From the NCBI GenBank assembly GCA_031296755.1, contig JAUMMZ010000003.1:1797-65796 (forward strand): DNA of 64,000 nucleotides, in the 5' to 3' direction. Made by a program: the position numbers and the translations under genes. The stretch comes from Collinsella sp. (GTDB lineage: Bacteria > Actinomycetota > Coriobacteriia > Coriobacteriales > Coriobacteriaceae). The notes beneath the pieces were generated by a model. That model did not search any database and was not told where the DNA came from. It worked only from the letters and a program-made list of their open reading frames with translations. Positions 52,384 to 64,000 of the stretch are shown here, one piece after another; positions within the stretch are counted from its first letter, which is position 1, and each line of letters begins with the position of its first letter.

Positions 52384-54947
52384 TTGCCCTTGGGCTTGCT
52401 GGCGTAGAACTTCTTCTTTTTGAGCTTGCCGGCAGGAGAGGGTTTGCCGGCAAAGTTCGACTTGCCGTTGCCGGCCTGCGCGTGCGCGGGTACTGCCGCA
52501 CGGGGCTTGCGGGCCTCGGGATTGCGCAGTTCCTCGGTTCGCTCTGCAATCTCCTCGGCGCTAAAGCCGACCTCGGCCATGGCATCCTCGATGGGCAGGC
52601 GGCGCACGATATAGCAGTGGTGCACCTTCTGGTTGCGCGCGAAGTCCTCGGGGATGGTCTGTGCCGTAATGTCCTCCAGCACCACGCCCGCGCGTGCGAG
52701 CTTGCGCGTCTCGGGACGGAAGCCACGCAGGTTGCAGCTAAAGATGGCATGTCCACCCTGTGCGAGCAGGCGCGATACGCCGGCCAAAAGCTCAACATGG
52801 TCGCGTTGGACATCCCAGGTACGGCGGCCCATCTTGGACGAGTTCGAGAACGTGGGCGGGTCGACAAAGATCAGGTCCCAGCGGTTGCGCGTCTGGCGTT
52901 GGTCGCGAATCCAGGCGAGCACGTCGTCGCGCACAAAATGATGCTGCGGTCCCACAAAGCCGTTTTGGCGCATGTTGCGCTCGGCCCAGTCCAGGTAGGT
53001 GTTGGAGAGGTCGACCGTCACGGTCTCCTCGACGCCGCCGTCCGCCGCGTAGCAGGTGGCGGTGCCGGTATAGGCAAACAGGTTGAGGAAGCGACGCGCC
53101 TGCTTGGCGTGCTCGCGCACCAGGTTGCGGGTGACGCGGTGATCCAGGAAGATGCCCACATCCAGATAATCGTCAAAGTTGACGGCAAAGGTGAGTCCGC
53201 CCTCTTCGATGAGCGGCAGGCGACGGCGAGCGATGTTGGCGCGCTCGCCTGATGCGCCCTTACCGGCGCCCTGCTTGCCGTACTGCGAGCCGCCACGCGA
53301 GCGCATGCGGGCCTTGGCGTGCACATGCTCGGCCGGAACATCCAGGATGCGCGGCGCGATGGCCAAGATGTCGAGCATGCGGGCCTGGGCTAGCGCGGGA
53401 TCGATGGTCTTAGGCGCGGCGTACTCGGCGATGACGAGCCAGCGGCCCGGCGTCTGCGGGCAGCCCTCGTACAGATCGATGGCGGCGGAGTAGTCGGGTA
53501 GGTCGGCATCGTAGACGCGGTAGCAGCTCACGCCCTCGCGCTTGGCCCACTTGCGACGCAGACGGGCATTCTTACGCAGGCGGTTGGCGAACTGCTCGGA
53601 CTCGGGGATGAGCACGGGCAGCGGCTTGCCGTCGCCCAGGTCGAGCATGGCGGCAGGTTCGGGCATGGGGGTGTTGGCGGCGTTGTCGTTGACTTCGTTG
53701 GCATCCGCAACCTCGGCCTCGGCATCCGCACTGGTCGAAGCCTCAAACGCCGCGGCGGCGTGGTCGAGCGAGGGCCAAACCTCAATAGTTGCCTCCTCGT
53801 TATTGGGCATGACGGCGATCGAGCGCTCGGGCTCGGCGTGGAGCGCGCGGGCCAGCAATCCATCGCGGGTGAGCGCGGCGACCGGCGCCGCGGAAAGCTC
53901 GGGCGCGCGGCGCAGCTCACCGACCAGCGTCATGGCGTCGTGCATGAGCGAAAGCGGGGTCTCGGTGGTGTCCGCGACCACGGCGGCACCGGCGACGGCG
54001 CCCGCGTGGTCCAGCACGGTGGCTGGCTTGGCAGCGCAAAAGTCGACAAAACGCTTGTAGCCGGCGCACTTGACCATGCGCTCGGCAGTCTTGCGGGCGG
54101 CGGGGTCAATGTCCACGGCGACGATGCGCGCCTGGCGCTCACGCGCCGCGGTCTCGCGCTCGCGCGCCTCGGCAAGCAGCTGCTCCCACAGGGCGGCGTC
54201 GTGCAGCTGCCAGCCCTCAAAGCCCCAGCGCTCGCGTGCGGCGCCCGGGGCGCGGTCGGTCAGAATGTTCACGGCCTCCAGCAGCAGACCGCCGCCGGCG
54301 CACGAGGCGTCGATCAGCGTAGGCAGCGCTTCGTTTTCGTAATCATCGGCCGTCAGCTCGCGCTCGCACAGTGCGGTCCAGCCGACCTGCGCCAGCACCA
54401 GGGCGGCGTAGTCGGGGCGCAGCACGTGCGCGCCCTCGCCGGCGCGGGTCGCTGCGGGCGGCAGGCGTTTGAACAGCGGGTCGCCTGAAAGGTCCAGGCT
54501 GATGCTCGCGCGGCGCTGGCGCAGCGAAAGCAGCAGGTGAACGTCGGGGTCGGCAGCATCGACGTCGGCGCGACGGCCCGTGGTCTCGGCCAGACGGTCG
54601 CACAGCGCGTCTTTGGCGCGCAGGGCCGAGAAGCGCGTGTTGCGCAGCTGCTCGGTCACGCCGCGGGCTGTGATGGCGATGGTGGCGCCGGGGCGGACGA
54701 TGCTCTCCCAGGCGATGTCGTAAACGCTATCGTACAGTTCATCGGCATTCTGCGCCTCAAAGCGCCCGAGCACCACGAACACGCGGCTCGCCAGGCGCGA
54801 CCACAGGCATGCTCGGTAGCCTTGCTCGAGCTCGCCCTCAAATGTAGCGCGGCCCTTCAGCCGGCGAACATGCGAAAGCCCGAGGCGTTTAAGCTCATCG
54901 GCGAGTGCGGACTCAAAGCCCTCGGGGCAGCTTGCGTAAAATTCCAT
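52380..54947 (-). CDS. THUMP-domain bifunctional 23S rRNA methyltransferase, RlmKL-like
   Basis: N-terminal MEFYASCPEGFE..RRLKGRATFEG THUMP region, two SAM-methyltransferase modules and a Lys-rich tail. GAGAGG RBS. Confidence 0.7.
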   Translation of the reverse strand: MEFYASCPEGFESALADELKRLGLSHVRRLKGRATFEGELEQGYRACLWSRLASRVFVVLGRFEAQNADELYDSVYDIAWESIVRPGATIAITARGVTEQLRNTRFSALRAKDALCDRLAETTGRRADVDAADPDVHLLLSLRQRRASISLDLSGDPLFKRLPPAATRAGEGAHVLRPDYAALVLAQVGWTALCERELTADDYENEALPTLIDASCAGGGLLLEAVNILTDRAPGAARERWGFEGWQLHDAALWEQLLAEARERETAARERQARIVAVDIDPAARKTAERMVKCAGYKRFVDFCAAKPATVLDHAGAVAGAAVVADTTETPLSLMHDAMTLVGELRRAPELSAAPVAALTRDGLLARALHAEPERSIAVMPNNEEATIEVWPSLDHAAAAFEASTSADAEAEVADANEVNDNAANTPMPEPAAMLDLGDGKPLPVLIPESEQFANRLRKNARLRRKWAKREGVSCYRVYDADLPDYSAAIDLYEGCPQTPGRWLVIAEYAAPKTIDPALAQARMLDILAIAPRILDVPAEHVHAKARMRSRGGSQYGKQGAGKGASGERANIARRRLPLIEEGGLTFAVNFDDYLDVGIFLDHRVTRNLVREHAKQARRFLNLFAYTGTATCYAADGGVEETVTVDLSNTYLDWAERNMRQNGFVGPQHHFVRDDVLAWIRDQRQTRNRWDLIFVDPPTFSNSSKMGRRTWDVQRDHVELLAGVSRLLAQGGHAIFSCNLRGFRPETRKLARAGVVLEDITAQTIPEDFARNQKVHHCYIVRRLPIEDAMAEVGFSAEEIAERTEELRNPEARKPRAAVPAHAQAGNGKSNFAGKPSPAGKLKKKKFYASKPKGK

Positions 54948-55022
54948 GGGTGACCTCTCTGGTTGCGTCGCTTCATTATATGATGGATGCTTCGTTTGCC
55001 CTTATCCTCGAAAGGAACCCAT

Positions 55023-55850
55023 ATGATTGATGCGTGCCCCGATTCCGCCGTGCTCTTTTTTGACGTGGACGGCACGCTGACGTCGTTCGATCCCGACGAT
55101 ATGACCGATAAGGACTTTTCGGCGGTTCGCCCCTCGCAGATGGTCGTCGAGGCGTTTCATCGTCTGCGCGACGCGGGGCACAAGGCGTTTATCTGCACGG
55201 GTCGCCCCCTGTGGCTCATCGCGGACAGCTTGCGTGCGCTCGACCCCGCGGGTGTCGTTGCCATGGCGGGCGCCACGCTCGAGGTCGAGGGCCGCGTGGT
55301 GCATGAGGACTGCTTTGGCGAGGACGTTATCGAGGAGCTTGCACGCCGTATGGCCGCGGCAGGGATTGAGGCCTTTTTCGAGACCAACGTGGCTACTTTT
55401 GCCCTGGAACCCGCGGGTGTTGAGCAGTCGTCTCTGATCGGCACTTCTGTGGTGCACAGCGCCGAGGAAATGCGCGTCGACGGCAGTCTGCGCGTGGGCA
55501 AGGTATGCCTCAATGTGCCCAGTTTGGCTCGCGTTGCCAACGATGACGGCTTTATCGATCGCGAGTTTGAGCTGTGCAATACCGGTGGTCGGAATCGCGA
55601 GCTGAGCCCCAAGGGCATCAACAAGGGCGTGGGCGTGGCGCGAGCGCTGGCGTATCTGGGCCGCGAGGGAAATGCGCGCACCTTTGGCTTTGGCGATTCG
55701 GGCAACGACCTGGGCATGCTCGCTGCCGTCGAGACGGCTGTCGCCATGGGCAACGCCATGTCCGAGGTCAAAGCGGTCGCCGACTACGTGACTGACGATG
55801 TCGCACACGACGGCACCGTCACCGCCATGCAGCATTTCGGCCTCATCTAA
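55023..55850 (+). CDS. Cof-type HAD-IIB family hydrolase
   Basis: FFDVDGTL motif I, TGRP motif II, and GDSGNDLGML motif IV. Confidence 0.8.
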   Translation: MIDACPDSAVLFFDVDGTLTSFDPDDMTDKDFSAVRPSQMVVEAFHRLRDAGHKAFICTGRPLWLIADSLRALDPAGVVAMAGATLEVEGRVVHEDCFGEDVIEELARRMAAAGIEAFFETNVATFALEPAGVEQSSLIGTSVVHSAEEMRVDGSLRVGKVCLNVPSLARVANDDGFIDREFELCNTGGRNRELSPKGINKGVGVARALAYLGREGNARTFGFGDSGNDLGMLAAVETAVAMGNAMSEVKAVADYVTDDVAHDGTVTAMQHFGLI

Positions 55851-56043
55851 TGAATCCCGCATTCTGACGTTTGCCTAAACTGCGGCTCTTTGCTTTTGCA
55901 TGCTCAATCGATTTATCAAACCAAACACTAAAGCGTTTATACCGTTCGCCGAGAAGATAAAAACCCGCAGCTCACGCCTTGATAAACATAGGTAAAGTGT
56001 TTAGCAGTTTATCGGCCGTATGCTAACGAAAGGAATCAGGCAG

Positions 56044-56748
56044 ATGGCAATCAAGGTGTTCGCTGACGGTGCAAACCTCGAGGGCATGCTCGACATGTAC
56101 GAGAACGGCAACGTTCAGGGTTTCACGACCAACCCGTCCCTTATGAAGAAGGGTGGCGTGACGGATTACCGCGCGTTTGCCAAGGAGGTTCTGGCTCACA
56201 TCACCGATGTGTCCGTCTCGTTTGAGGTCTTTGCCGATGACGTCGAGACCATGGAGGTCGAGGCCCGCGAGATCGCTACCTGGGCCGACAACGTCTACGT
56301 CAAGATTCCGTGCGTGACCACCAAGGGCGAGTCCACCGCCGAGCTGGTCCGCAAGCTTTCGGCCGATGGCATCAAGGTCAACGTCACCACTATCTTTACG
56401 CCCGAGCAGGTCGACGAGATGGTCGAGGCCGTTGACGCCGAGACGCCGTCCATCATCTCGCTCTTTGCCGGCCGTATCGCCGACACCGGCGTCGACCCCA
56501 TTCCGTTTGTGACGGAGTCGGTCAAGAAGGCCGCCGCTAAGCCCAACTGCGAGGTCCTGTGGGCGTCCACGCGTGAGCTTATCAACATTTACCAGGCCGA
56601 GGCCTGCGGTTGCCAGATCATCACGGTGCCCAACAGCATCCTGGCCAAGCGCAAGAACATCGGTCGCGACCCGTACGAGGTCTCGCTCGACACCGTCCGC
56701 GGCTTTGCCAAAGATATCGCGGCACTCGGTTTCCATATCCTGCCGTAA
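56044..56748 (+). CDS. Transaldolase family protein
   Basis: FADGANL..GFTTNPSL..VKIP..LFAGRIAD motifs, about 234 aa. Confidence 0.8.
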   Translation: MAIKVFADGANLEGMLDMYENGNVQGFTTNPSLMKKGGVTDYRAFAKEVLAHITDVSVSFEVFADDVETMEVEAREIATWADNVYVKIPCVTTKGESTAELVRKLSADGIKVNVTTIFTPEQVDEMVEAVDAETPSIISLFAGRIADTGVDPIPFVTESVKKAAAKPNCEVLWASTRELINIYQAEACGCQIITVPNSILAKRKNIGRDPYEVSLDTVRGFAKDIAALGFHILP

Positions 56749-56778
56749 CGTGAGCACTGGCTGCTCCGAGGGTTGTTC

Positions 56779-56851
56779 GCCCCGGCCTTTCCTTTCCTCT
56801 ATCGCTCACTCGCTTCGCGAGGGTCGCGCCAGGCAAAGGAAAGGCCGGGGC
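56779..56851. repeat. Palindromic element G within a 19-bp direct-repeat-flanked segment
   Basis: 17-bp arms GCCCCGGCCTTTCCTTT / AAAGGAAAGGCCGGGGC with a 39-nt loop. Confidence 0.85.
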
Positions 56852-56987
56852 TGCCGACACGAACTTGCCAGTAGGTTGGTGATTGGTTTCCATATCCTGC
56901 CGTGGGCAAAGGTGCCCCCGCCTGCGCCGTGCAAAATTGAGAGTATTCAGCAAGGTAAAGGCTTTTACCAGCTAGATAAAGCACGGA

Positions 56988-57040
56988 ACAGCCCCCGTTT
57001 TGGCTCTGACGACGCTAAAACGGGGGCTGTTTTTGCTTTT
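56988..57040 (+). terminator. Intrinsic terminator
   Basis: ACAGCCCCCGTTTT / AAAACGGGGGCTGT stem followed by TTTTGCTTTTT. Confidence 0.8.
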
Positions 57041-57129
57041 TCGCCTCTGAGGGGCATCCGGAACGGCGGAATTTGCAGAATACTCGCGATTTTGCACGTC
57101 GCTACCGGGGGGACCCTTGCTTTGGCGGT

Positions 57130-59277
<2,148 letters not shown>

Positions 59278-59370
59278 GGGACTCCTTGCGTTTAAGGTGC
59301 GTTTGCAGCACAGGGCTACCAAGGATACCACCCGTCCCAAAAGACTGTTTTGGGCCCGCGTCACGAAAAC

Positions 59371-59508
59371 GGCCTATCTACTACGTTTAACCCATATGGG
59401 TCGACCATTCCCCGGTTTTCAGAGAATACGCAAGCCGTCTACCTGCGGTTTTTATTTCGCGAAATTCGGCATGGTTGAGGGCGATCGGTTAAACGTAGTA
59501 GATAGGCC
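59371..59508. repeat. Long inverted repeat F
   Basis: Perfect 22-bp arms GGCCTATCTACTACGTTTAACC / reverse complement, extendable to about 31 bp with 3 mismatches, with a 94-nt loop. Confidence 0.9.
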
Positions 59509-59687
59509 CATTTCGTGGCGAACGAATCAAGCCGAGGTGCAAAATGGCCCCCGCTCCAGAAAAATCATTGGCAACGTAGCAAAAAGCCCCGCGGGCAGGA
59601 GGCTGCTCGCGGGGCAAAGAAGAGGGGCTTGTTGATGGCGGGCCAAGGCGCTCGGCGGGGAGTTTGCCGCGGCTCGCTCTTAAGGCG

Positions 59688-60728
59688 TTACAGCTCGACG
59701 AGCTGGCCGGTCTCGGCGGCCTCCTTGATAGCGTTAAGCAGCGTGAGCGTCTTGACGTTGTCGGCGGGGGTCACGACGGGCTCGACCTCGCGGCGAACAA
59801 CCTTTACAAAGTGCTTGAGCTGCATCTTGTGCGGCAGTGCCGGGTCGACAGCCGGAATCTCCATCTGCAGCGGCTTGTGCCAGTTAGAGGCGCCGTCGTA
59901 GGAGAACTGGTGCAGGCGGGGCAGCGACAGGGCGCCCAGGGTTCCGCCGATAAAGTAGGCGTCGGCGTCGAAGGGGCGGTACTGCGGATCCTCGCGAGCG
60001 GTTGCCTCCCAGTTCCAGGGGCTGGCGGTGGCGTCGGAGATGGTCATGCTTGCGAGCGCGCCATCGGCAAAACGGACGTTGACCACGGCGGAGTCCTCGG
60101 TCTCAAAACCGCGGGCGGCGCTGGACTGCATGCCCTGGACGGCAACGGGCTCGCCCAGCAGGTAACGGAGCAGGTCGACGTCGTGCACCAGGTTGACCAG
60201 GATCGGGCCAGCACCCTTCTTGCGGCGCCACTCGACATCGAAGTACTCGTCATTCTTATAGATCATGTAGTGGAAGCTCGACACGGTGAGCTTGCCCAGC
60301 TCGCCGGACTCGATAATCTCCTTGGCCTTGTTGACGAAGGGGTTGTGGCGACGGTGCTGACCCACGAGCACGGGCACGCCGGCGGTCTCGGCCTCGGCGG
60401 CGAAGGCCTGGGCATCCTCAAGATCGTTGGAAATCGGCTTTTCGACCAGCGGCACGATGTTGCGCTTCACAGCCTCGCGGGCAACGCCCAGGTGCAGGTC
60501 GTTGGGGGTGGCGATAATGACGGCCTCGGGCTTGATCTCGTCCATCATCTGGGCGGGATCGGTGAAGAACGGCACGCCGGCGGCCTCGGCCGTGGCGCGG
60601 GCGCCCTCAAAGGCGTCGGCGATGGCGACGAGCTCGGCCTCGGGCTCCTCGGTGACAAAGCGGATGTGGTTGCGGCCCATGGCGCCGGCGCCGATAACGG
60701 CAATGCGGACGGGGTTGAGCTCAGACAT
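59688..60728 (-). CDS. Gfo/Idh/MocA family NAD(P)-dependent oxidoreductase
   Basis: VRIAVIGAGAMGRNH Rossmann motif, 346 aa. AAGGAG RBS. Confidence 0.85.
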   Translation of the reverse strand: MSELNPVRIAVIGAGAMGRNHIRFVTEEPEAELVAIADAFEGARATAEAAGVPFFTDPAQMMDEIKPEAVIIATPNDLHLGVAREAVKRNIVPLVEKPISNDLEDAQAFAAEAETAGVPVLVGQHRRHNPFVNKAKEIIESGELGKLTVSSFHYMIYKNDEYFDVEWRRKKGAGPILVNLVHDVDLLRYLLGEPVAVQGMQSSAARGFETEDSAVVNVRFADGALASMTISDATASPWNWEATAREDPQYRPFDADAYFIGGTLGALSLPRLHQFSYDGASNWHKPLQMEIPAVDPALPHKMQLKHFVKVVRREVEPVVTPADNVKTLTLLNAIKEAAETGQLVEL

Positions 60729-60756
60729 TTCGACTCCTTAATACTGGTGGCGGTGG

Positions 60757-60788
60757 AATGCGACAAAGGGGCTGTCCCTTTGCCGCAT
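60757..60788. repeat. Q-family palindromic repeat, copy Q3
   Basis: AATGCGACAAAGGGGCTGTCCCTTTGCCGCAT. Confidence 0.7.
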
Positions 60789-60796
60789 CGGTAGAA

Positions 60797-62053
60797 TTAA
60801 GCGGATTTCTTCTTGCTGTCGGAGACCATCATGTAGACGGTGAGCACGACGGCGATGGCGGCGATCACAATGGCGCCGTAGAAGGACTGCTGGTAGGCGG
60901 CGCTGCCGGCCTCGGCGTGATACAACACGGCGGTGATGGGCTGGCTGATCCAGGTGGAAGCGGCGTAGCCCAAAAACATGATGCCGTAGTTGACGCCGAT
61001 GTTGCTGGTGCCAAAGGCGCCTCCGGTGAGCGGCGGGTAGATGACGAGCAGAGCGCCAAAGCTAAAGCCGAGCAGGGCGAGCGCCACAAAGAACATGCTC
61101 TGCGTAAAGCTCATCGACATGATGACGAGCGCGACGATGGTGACGACAAGGCTGATGAGCAGTGACTTGTAGGCGCCGAGCTTGTCGATAATCTGGCCAA
61201 AGGACAGACGGCCAACCAGGTTGGCGCAGGTGTTGACGGAGACCACTACGCCGCCGAGGGCGACGGCCGCGGCGCTCGTGGGGTCGGCGAAGAGCTGGAC
61301 GGCGGCGATGGAGGCAACCTTGCCCACGAGCAGGGTGCCCGCGGTGGCGGCAAAGGCGAAGGTGACGATGAGGACCCAGAAACGCGGGGTCTTGACCATC
61401 TCGCCCGGGGTGAGGTCGCCGAAGGTGCCGGCATGCGCGCCGCCCTTGGGGGCCTCGAAGCCCTCGGGCAGCCAGCCGGTCTCGGGGGCCTTCAGGAACA
61501 GGGCGGAGGCGGCGATCGTCACAAAGAAGATGACGCCGAGCGTCTTAAGGGCGCCAAAGATGCCCAGGCTCGGGATGAGCAGCGAGGCGAGCACCGGGGA
61601 CAGCACGGCGGGGCCGGCGGTCGAAGCGGCCAGGGTGATGCCGGAGGCGAGGCCCTTCTTGTCGATGAACCACTTTTGGCCGGTGGTGAGTGCCGGGTTG
61701 TAGCCCAGGCCGTTGCCGACGGCGGCGACAAGCGAGAACCACAGGTAGAACTGCCACGGCTCGGTGACGGTGCCGGACATGAACCAGCCCACGCCGTAGC
61801 ACACGGCGGCGGCGATCACGACGTTGCGCGGGCCGATCTTGTCGGAGATGCGGCCGGCGAAGATGCCCGTCACGGCCATGATGGTCTGGAAGACGGGGAA
61901 AGCCCAGGTAAGGGCGCTCGACCACTCGGGGTAGACGGCGAGCAGGTTCTTGCTCACGACGGAATACAGCGCGATGGAGCTGATGAAGAACATGGTGACG
62001 CACGCGGCGGAAAGCACGGCGGCGCGACCCTTGTTGGAGTTGGTGGAAGCCAT
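60797..62053 (-). CDS. MFS transporter (oxalate/formate antiporter-like subfamily)
   Basis: 418 aa, about 12 TM, with an MFS loop motif GRISDKIGPR. Confidence 0.8.
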   Translation of the reverse strand: MASTNSNKGRAAVLSAACVTMFFISSIALYSVVSKNLLAVYPEWSSALTWAFPVFQTIMAVTGIFAGRISDKIGPRNVVIAAAVCYGVGWFMSGTVTEPWQFYLWFSLVAAVGNGLGYNPALTTGQKWFIDKKGLASGITLAASTAGPAVLSPVLASLLIPSLGIFGALKTLGVIFFVTIAASALFLKAPETGWLPEGFEAPKGGAHAGTFGDLTPGEMVKTPRFWVLIVTFAFAATAGTLLVGKVASIAAVQLFADPTSAAAVALGGVVVSVNTCANLVGRLSFGQIIDKLGAYKSLLISLVVTIVALVIMSMSFTQSMFFVALALLGFSFGALLVIYPPLTGGAFGTSNIGVNYGIMFLGYAASTWISQPITAVLYHAEAGSAAYQQSFYGAIVIAAIAVVLTVYMMVSDSKKKSA

Positions 62054-62119
62054 TGGACTCTTTCTAATCGATACGGGGGAGGGGCGGGCGTGTCCGCGGG
62101 GCCTCCCTGTCAGGTTGGT

Positions 62120-63001
62120 TTACTGGTCAGTCGGCTTTGCGACGCCGGACTCATCGGACCAGAGCTCGACACCCTTGTTCTTAAGGTAGTTGTCGGCATA
62201 GGCGCGACGGCCGCCGGGCTTGGCGGTGAGGTCGCCCATCATGTTGGAGAAGCCGCCGTCGACCTTGATGGCGTCGCCGGTGGTAAAGTCCGAGCGCGTG
62301 GACGCCAGGAACATGACGGCGTTGGCGATATCGCTGACCTCGCCGATGCGGCGCGTGGCGATCAGACGGCTGCGGCTCTTTTCGACCTCGGGGTCGGCGT
62401 AGAAGTTGGCCGACATCGGGGTCTTAACGAAGCAAGGCTCGACGCAGTTGGAGCGGACGCCGTAGGGGCCCCACTCGGCGGCGAGCATCTTGGACATCAT
62501 GTTGACGCCGGCCTTGGTGGAGCTGTACACGCCCGAGAACGTCTCGGGGGAGTGGCTGGCGACGGTCGAGATGTGCACCAGGCGACCCTGGCCGGCCTTG
62601 ATCATCTCGCGACCAAAGCGCTGCGAGGTGATGAAGTAGCCGGTGAGGTTGACGTTGATGACCTCGTTCCAGTCGGAGAGCGGCAGGTCCTCCATGGCGG
62701 CGAAGCGCAGGATACCGGCGGTGTTGACGAGGACGTCGACACGGCCGAAGTCGGCGATGGTGGCATCGACGGCGGCCTGAACCTCGGCCTCGTCGGTGGC
62801 GTTCATCTTGTAGCCCTCGGCGTGGATTCCAAACTCGGCGGCGAGGTCGGCGGCTGCGGCCTTGACCTTTTCCTCGTCCAGGTCGAGCAGGACGACGTTG
62901 GCGCCGTTGCGGGCGAACTCGCGGCAAATCGCGACGCCCATACCGCCGAGTGCGCCGGTTACGGCGCAGACATCGCCCTCGAGCTTAAGCCAGTTGCTCA
63001 T
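62120..63001 (-). CDS. SDR family oxidoreductase
   Basis: TGALGGMG cofactor motif, NTAG, and YSSTK catalytic motif. About 35-aa C-terminal extension. Confidence 0.85.
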   Translation of the reverse strand: MSNWLKLEGDVCAVTGALGGMGVAICREFARNGANVVLLDLDEEKVKAAAADLAAEFGIHAEGYKMNATDEAEVQAAVDATIADFGRVDVLVNTAGILRFAAMEDLPLSDWNEVINVNLTGYFITSQRFGREMIKAGQGRLVHISTVASHSPETFSGVYSSTKAGVNMMSKMLAAEWGPYGVRSNCVEPCFVKTPMSANFYADPEVEKSRSRLIATRRIGEVSDIANAVMFLASTRSDFTTGDAIKVDGGFSNMMGDLTAKPGGRRAYADNYLKNKGVELWSDESGVAKPTDQ

Positions 63002-63234
63002 AGGAACTTCCCTTCTTGTGCCTCCCTGTGGGTCGTTCCCATTAATCGACCCACGTGGTTTTCGCAGGTTATCGTATGCTTTGCATTTGCGCAGGTGAAT
63101 TGCATATTTGTTAGAATGGCGTTAACCGTAGGTTTACACTGTGCGATGCAGCTCATTCTCAATTGAGCGTGTGACCTGCGAAAACAACCCCCTGTGGCAC
63201 CATGCGGTCACGGGCGCGAAAACGGGAGATTGAC

Positions 63235-64000
63235 GTGTACGATCGACGACTTGAGGCCATATCGGCCGCCGCGGAGCTGGGGAGCTTCTCGCGTGCGGCG
63301 GCAAGATTGCGCGTGTCGACCCCGGCCCTCGTCAAGCAGGTGTCGGGCTTCGAGGCCGAGTTCGGCATCACGTTGTTCGAGCGCTCGCACTCGGGCGTCA
63401 AGGTGACGCCGGCCGGCGCACTGCTGGTGGACGACGCGCGCTCGATCATGCGGCAGTCCGAGGACGCGCTGCGCCGTGCCCGACGCGCGGCGGGCGATGG
63501 TGGTGCCGTGCGCCTGGGCGTGTCAATGATGTGCCCAGGACGCCAGACGCTGTCGATGTGGTCGGGCATCCACGATCTGGAACCGTCGCTACGATTTGAG
63601 ATCGTGCCGGTAAGTGACCTCTACGACGAGCGCGAGACCGTCATGCGCAGCTTGGGCCGCGAGGTCGATGTGGTGCAGTCGAGTTTTTCTACCCCACGCT
63701 GGGGCGACGCTTGCCAAAAGCTCCACATCGTTAACGTACCGTTTTATATCGACCTGCCGCGCGCGAGCCCGCTGGCGCGCAAGAATCGCATTACGGTTGC
63801 CGACCTAGAGGGCATGCGCCTGCGCGTGCTCCGTCACGGCAACGATGCGATGGACAGCCTGCGCATCGACCTGTTGGCCGACGGCGGCGTGGACGTGATC
63901 GACGTGGACAGCTTTGACTTTGCGCTCTTTAACGAGGCAGAGGAAAAGGGTGACGCGGTGCTCACCTGCGGGGCGTGGTCGGGGGTGCACCCAGCCTTTG
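63235..64000 (+). CDS. LysR family transcriptional regulator, 3' end cut by window edge
   Basis: This ORF is not in the supplied track because it has no stop in the window. My own translation of frame 1 from GTG 63235 gives VYDRRLEAISAAAELGSFSRAAARLRVSTPALVKQVSGFEAEFGITLFERSHSGVKVTPAG.. with no stop to base 64000. GGGAG lies 7 nt upstream. Divergent from the SDR operon. Confidence 0.8.
   Translation, partial: MYDRRLEAISAAAELGSFSRAAARLRVSTPALVKQVSGFEAEFGITLFERSHSGVKVTPAGALLVDDARSIMRQSEDALRRARRAAGDGGAVRLGVSMMCPGRQTLSMWSGIHDLEPSLRFEIVPVSDLYDERETVMRSLGREVDVVQSSFSTPRWGDACQKLHIVNVPFYIDLPRASPLARKNRITVADLEGMRLRVLRHGNDAMDSLRIDLLADGGVDVIDVDSFDFALFNEAEEKGDAVLTCGAWSGVHPAF

Noticed and set aside
55851-56043. 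cre-like or LacI-type site TAAAGCGTTTA upstream of the transaldolase gene
   Set aside because: Only the outer 4-bp half-sites are symmetric and the match to the cre consensus is poor.

Overview
This is a 64 kb high-GC chromosomal segment. Gene content and style suggest a Coriobacteriia-like actinobacterium, but that is inference only. All calls come from reading the supplied ORF translations and the DNA by eye; no searches or folding programs were run. I support about 50 protein genes, nearly all housekeeping or metabolic. (1) A LacI-controlled PTS sugar-phosphate operon: EIIBC, an orphan GatZ/KbaZ-like protein, an FSA/transaldolase-type aldolase, a split transketolase and EIIA. (2) A segmental duplication of a HAD-phosphatase/LacI module around a LarE-like gene, with one LacI copy decayed to a fragment. 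(3) glmS, a GntR regulator, YeiH, and a degenerate sigma54-activator-like regulator. (4) Two nitroreductases and two MarR- or un-regulated heterodimeric ABC exporter pairs. (5) cysE, DedA, ilvE, LemA and a TetR regulator. (6) tRNA-Ser(UGA), a TadA-glycerate kinase fusion ORF and the SRP RNA. (7) A flavodoxin, a 1374-aa LAxTG-anchored surface protein and an LtaS-type transferase. (8) Kup plus a short KdpD-like kinase and KdpE. (9) An RlmKL-like methyltransferase, a Cof-type HAD, a transaldolase and Tex. (10) A LysR-controlled SDR/MFS/Gfo-Idh-MocA operon. No transposase, integrase, CRISPR array or recognisable defence or toxin system is present. The unusual content is non-coding. The surface-protein gene is bracketed on both sides by co-oriented arrays of degenerate 61-62 bp hairpin units (8 upstream, 6 downstream). 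These arrays are in turn bracketed by two ~130 bp nested-palindrome elements that keep their loop and junction sequences while their stems differ by compensatory changes. Several further families of intergenic palindromic repeats recur through the window: a 53-bp R element in 4 copies, P, Q and S hairpins, and very long perfect inverted repeats. Many share a CTGTCCC(C)TTT core, and two R copies overlap gene stop codons in identical geometry.
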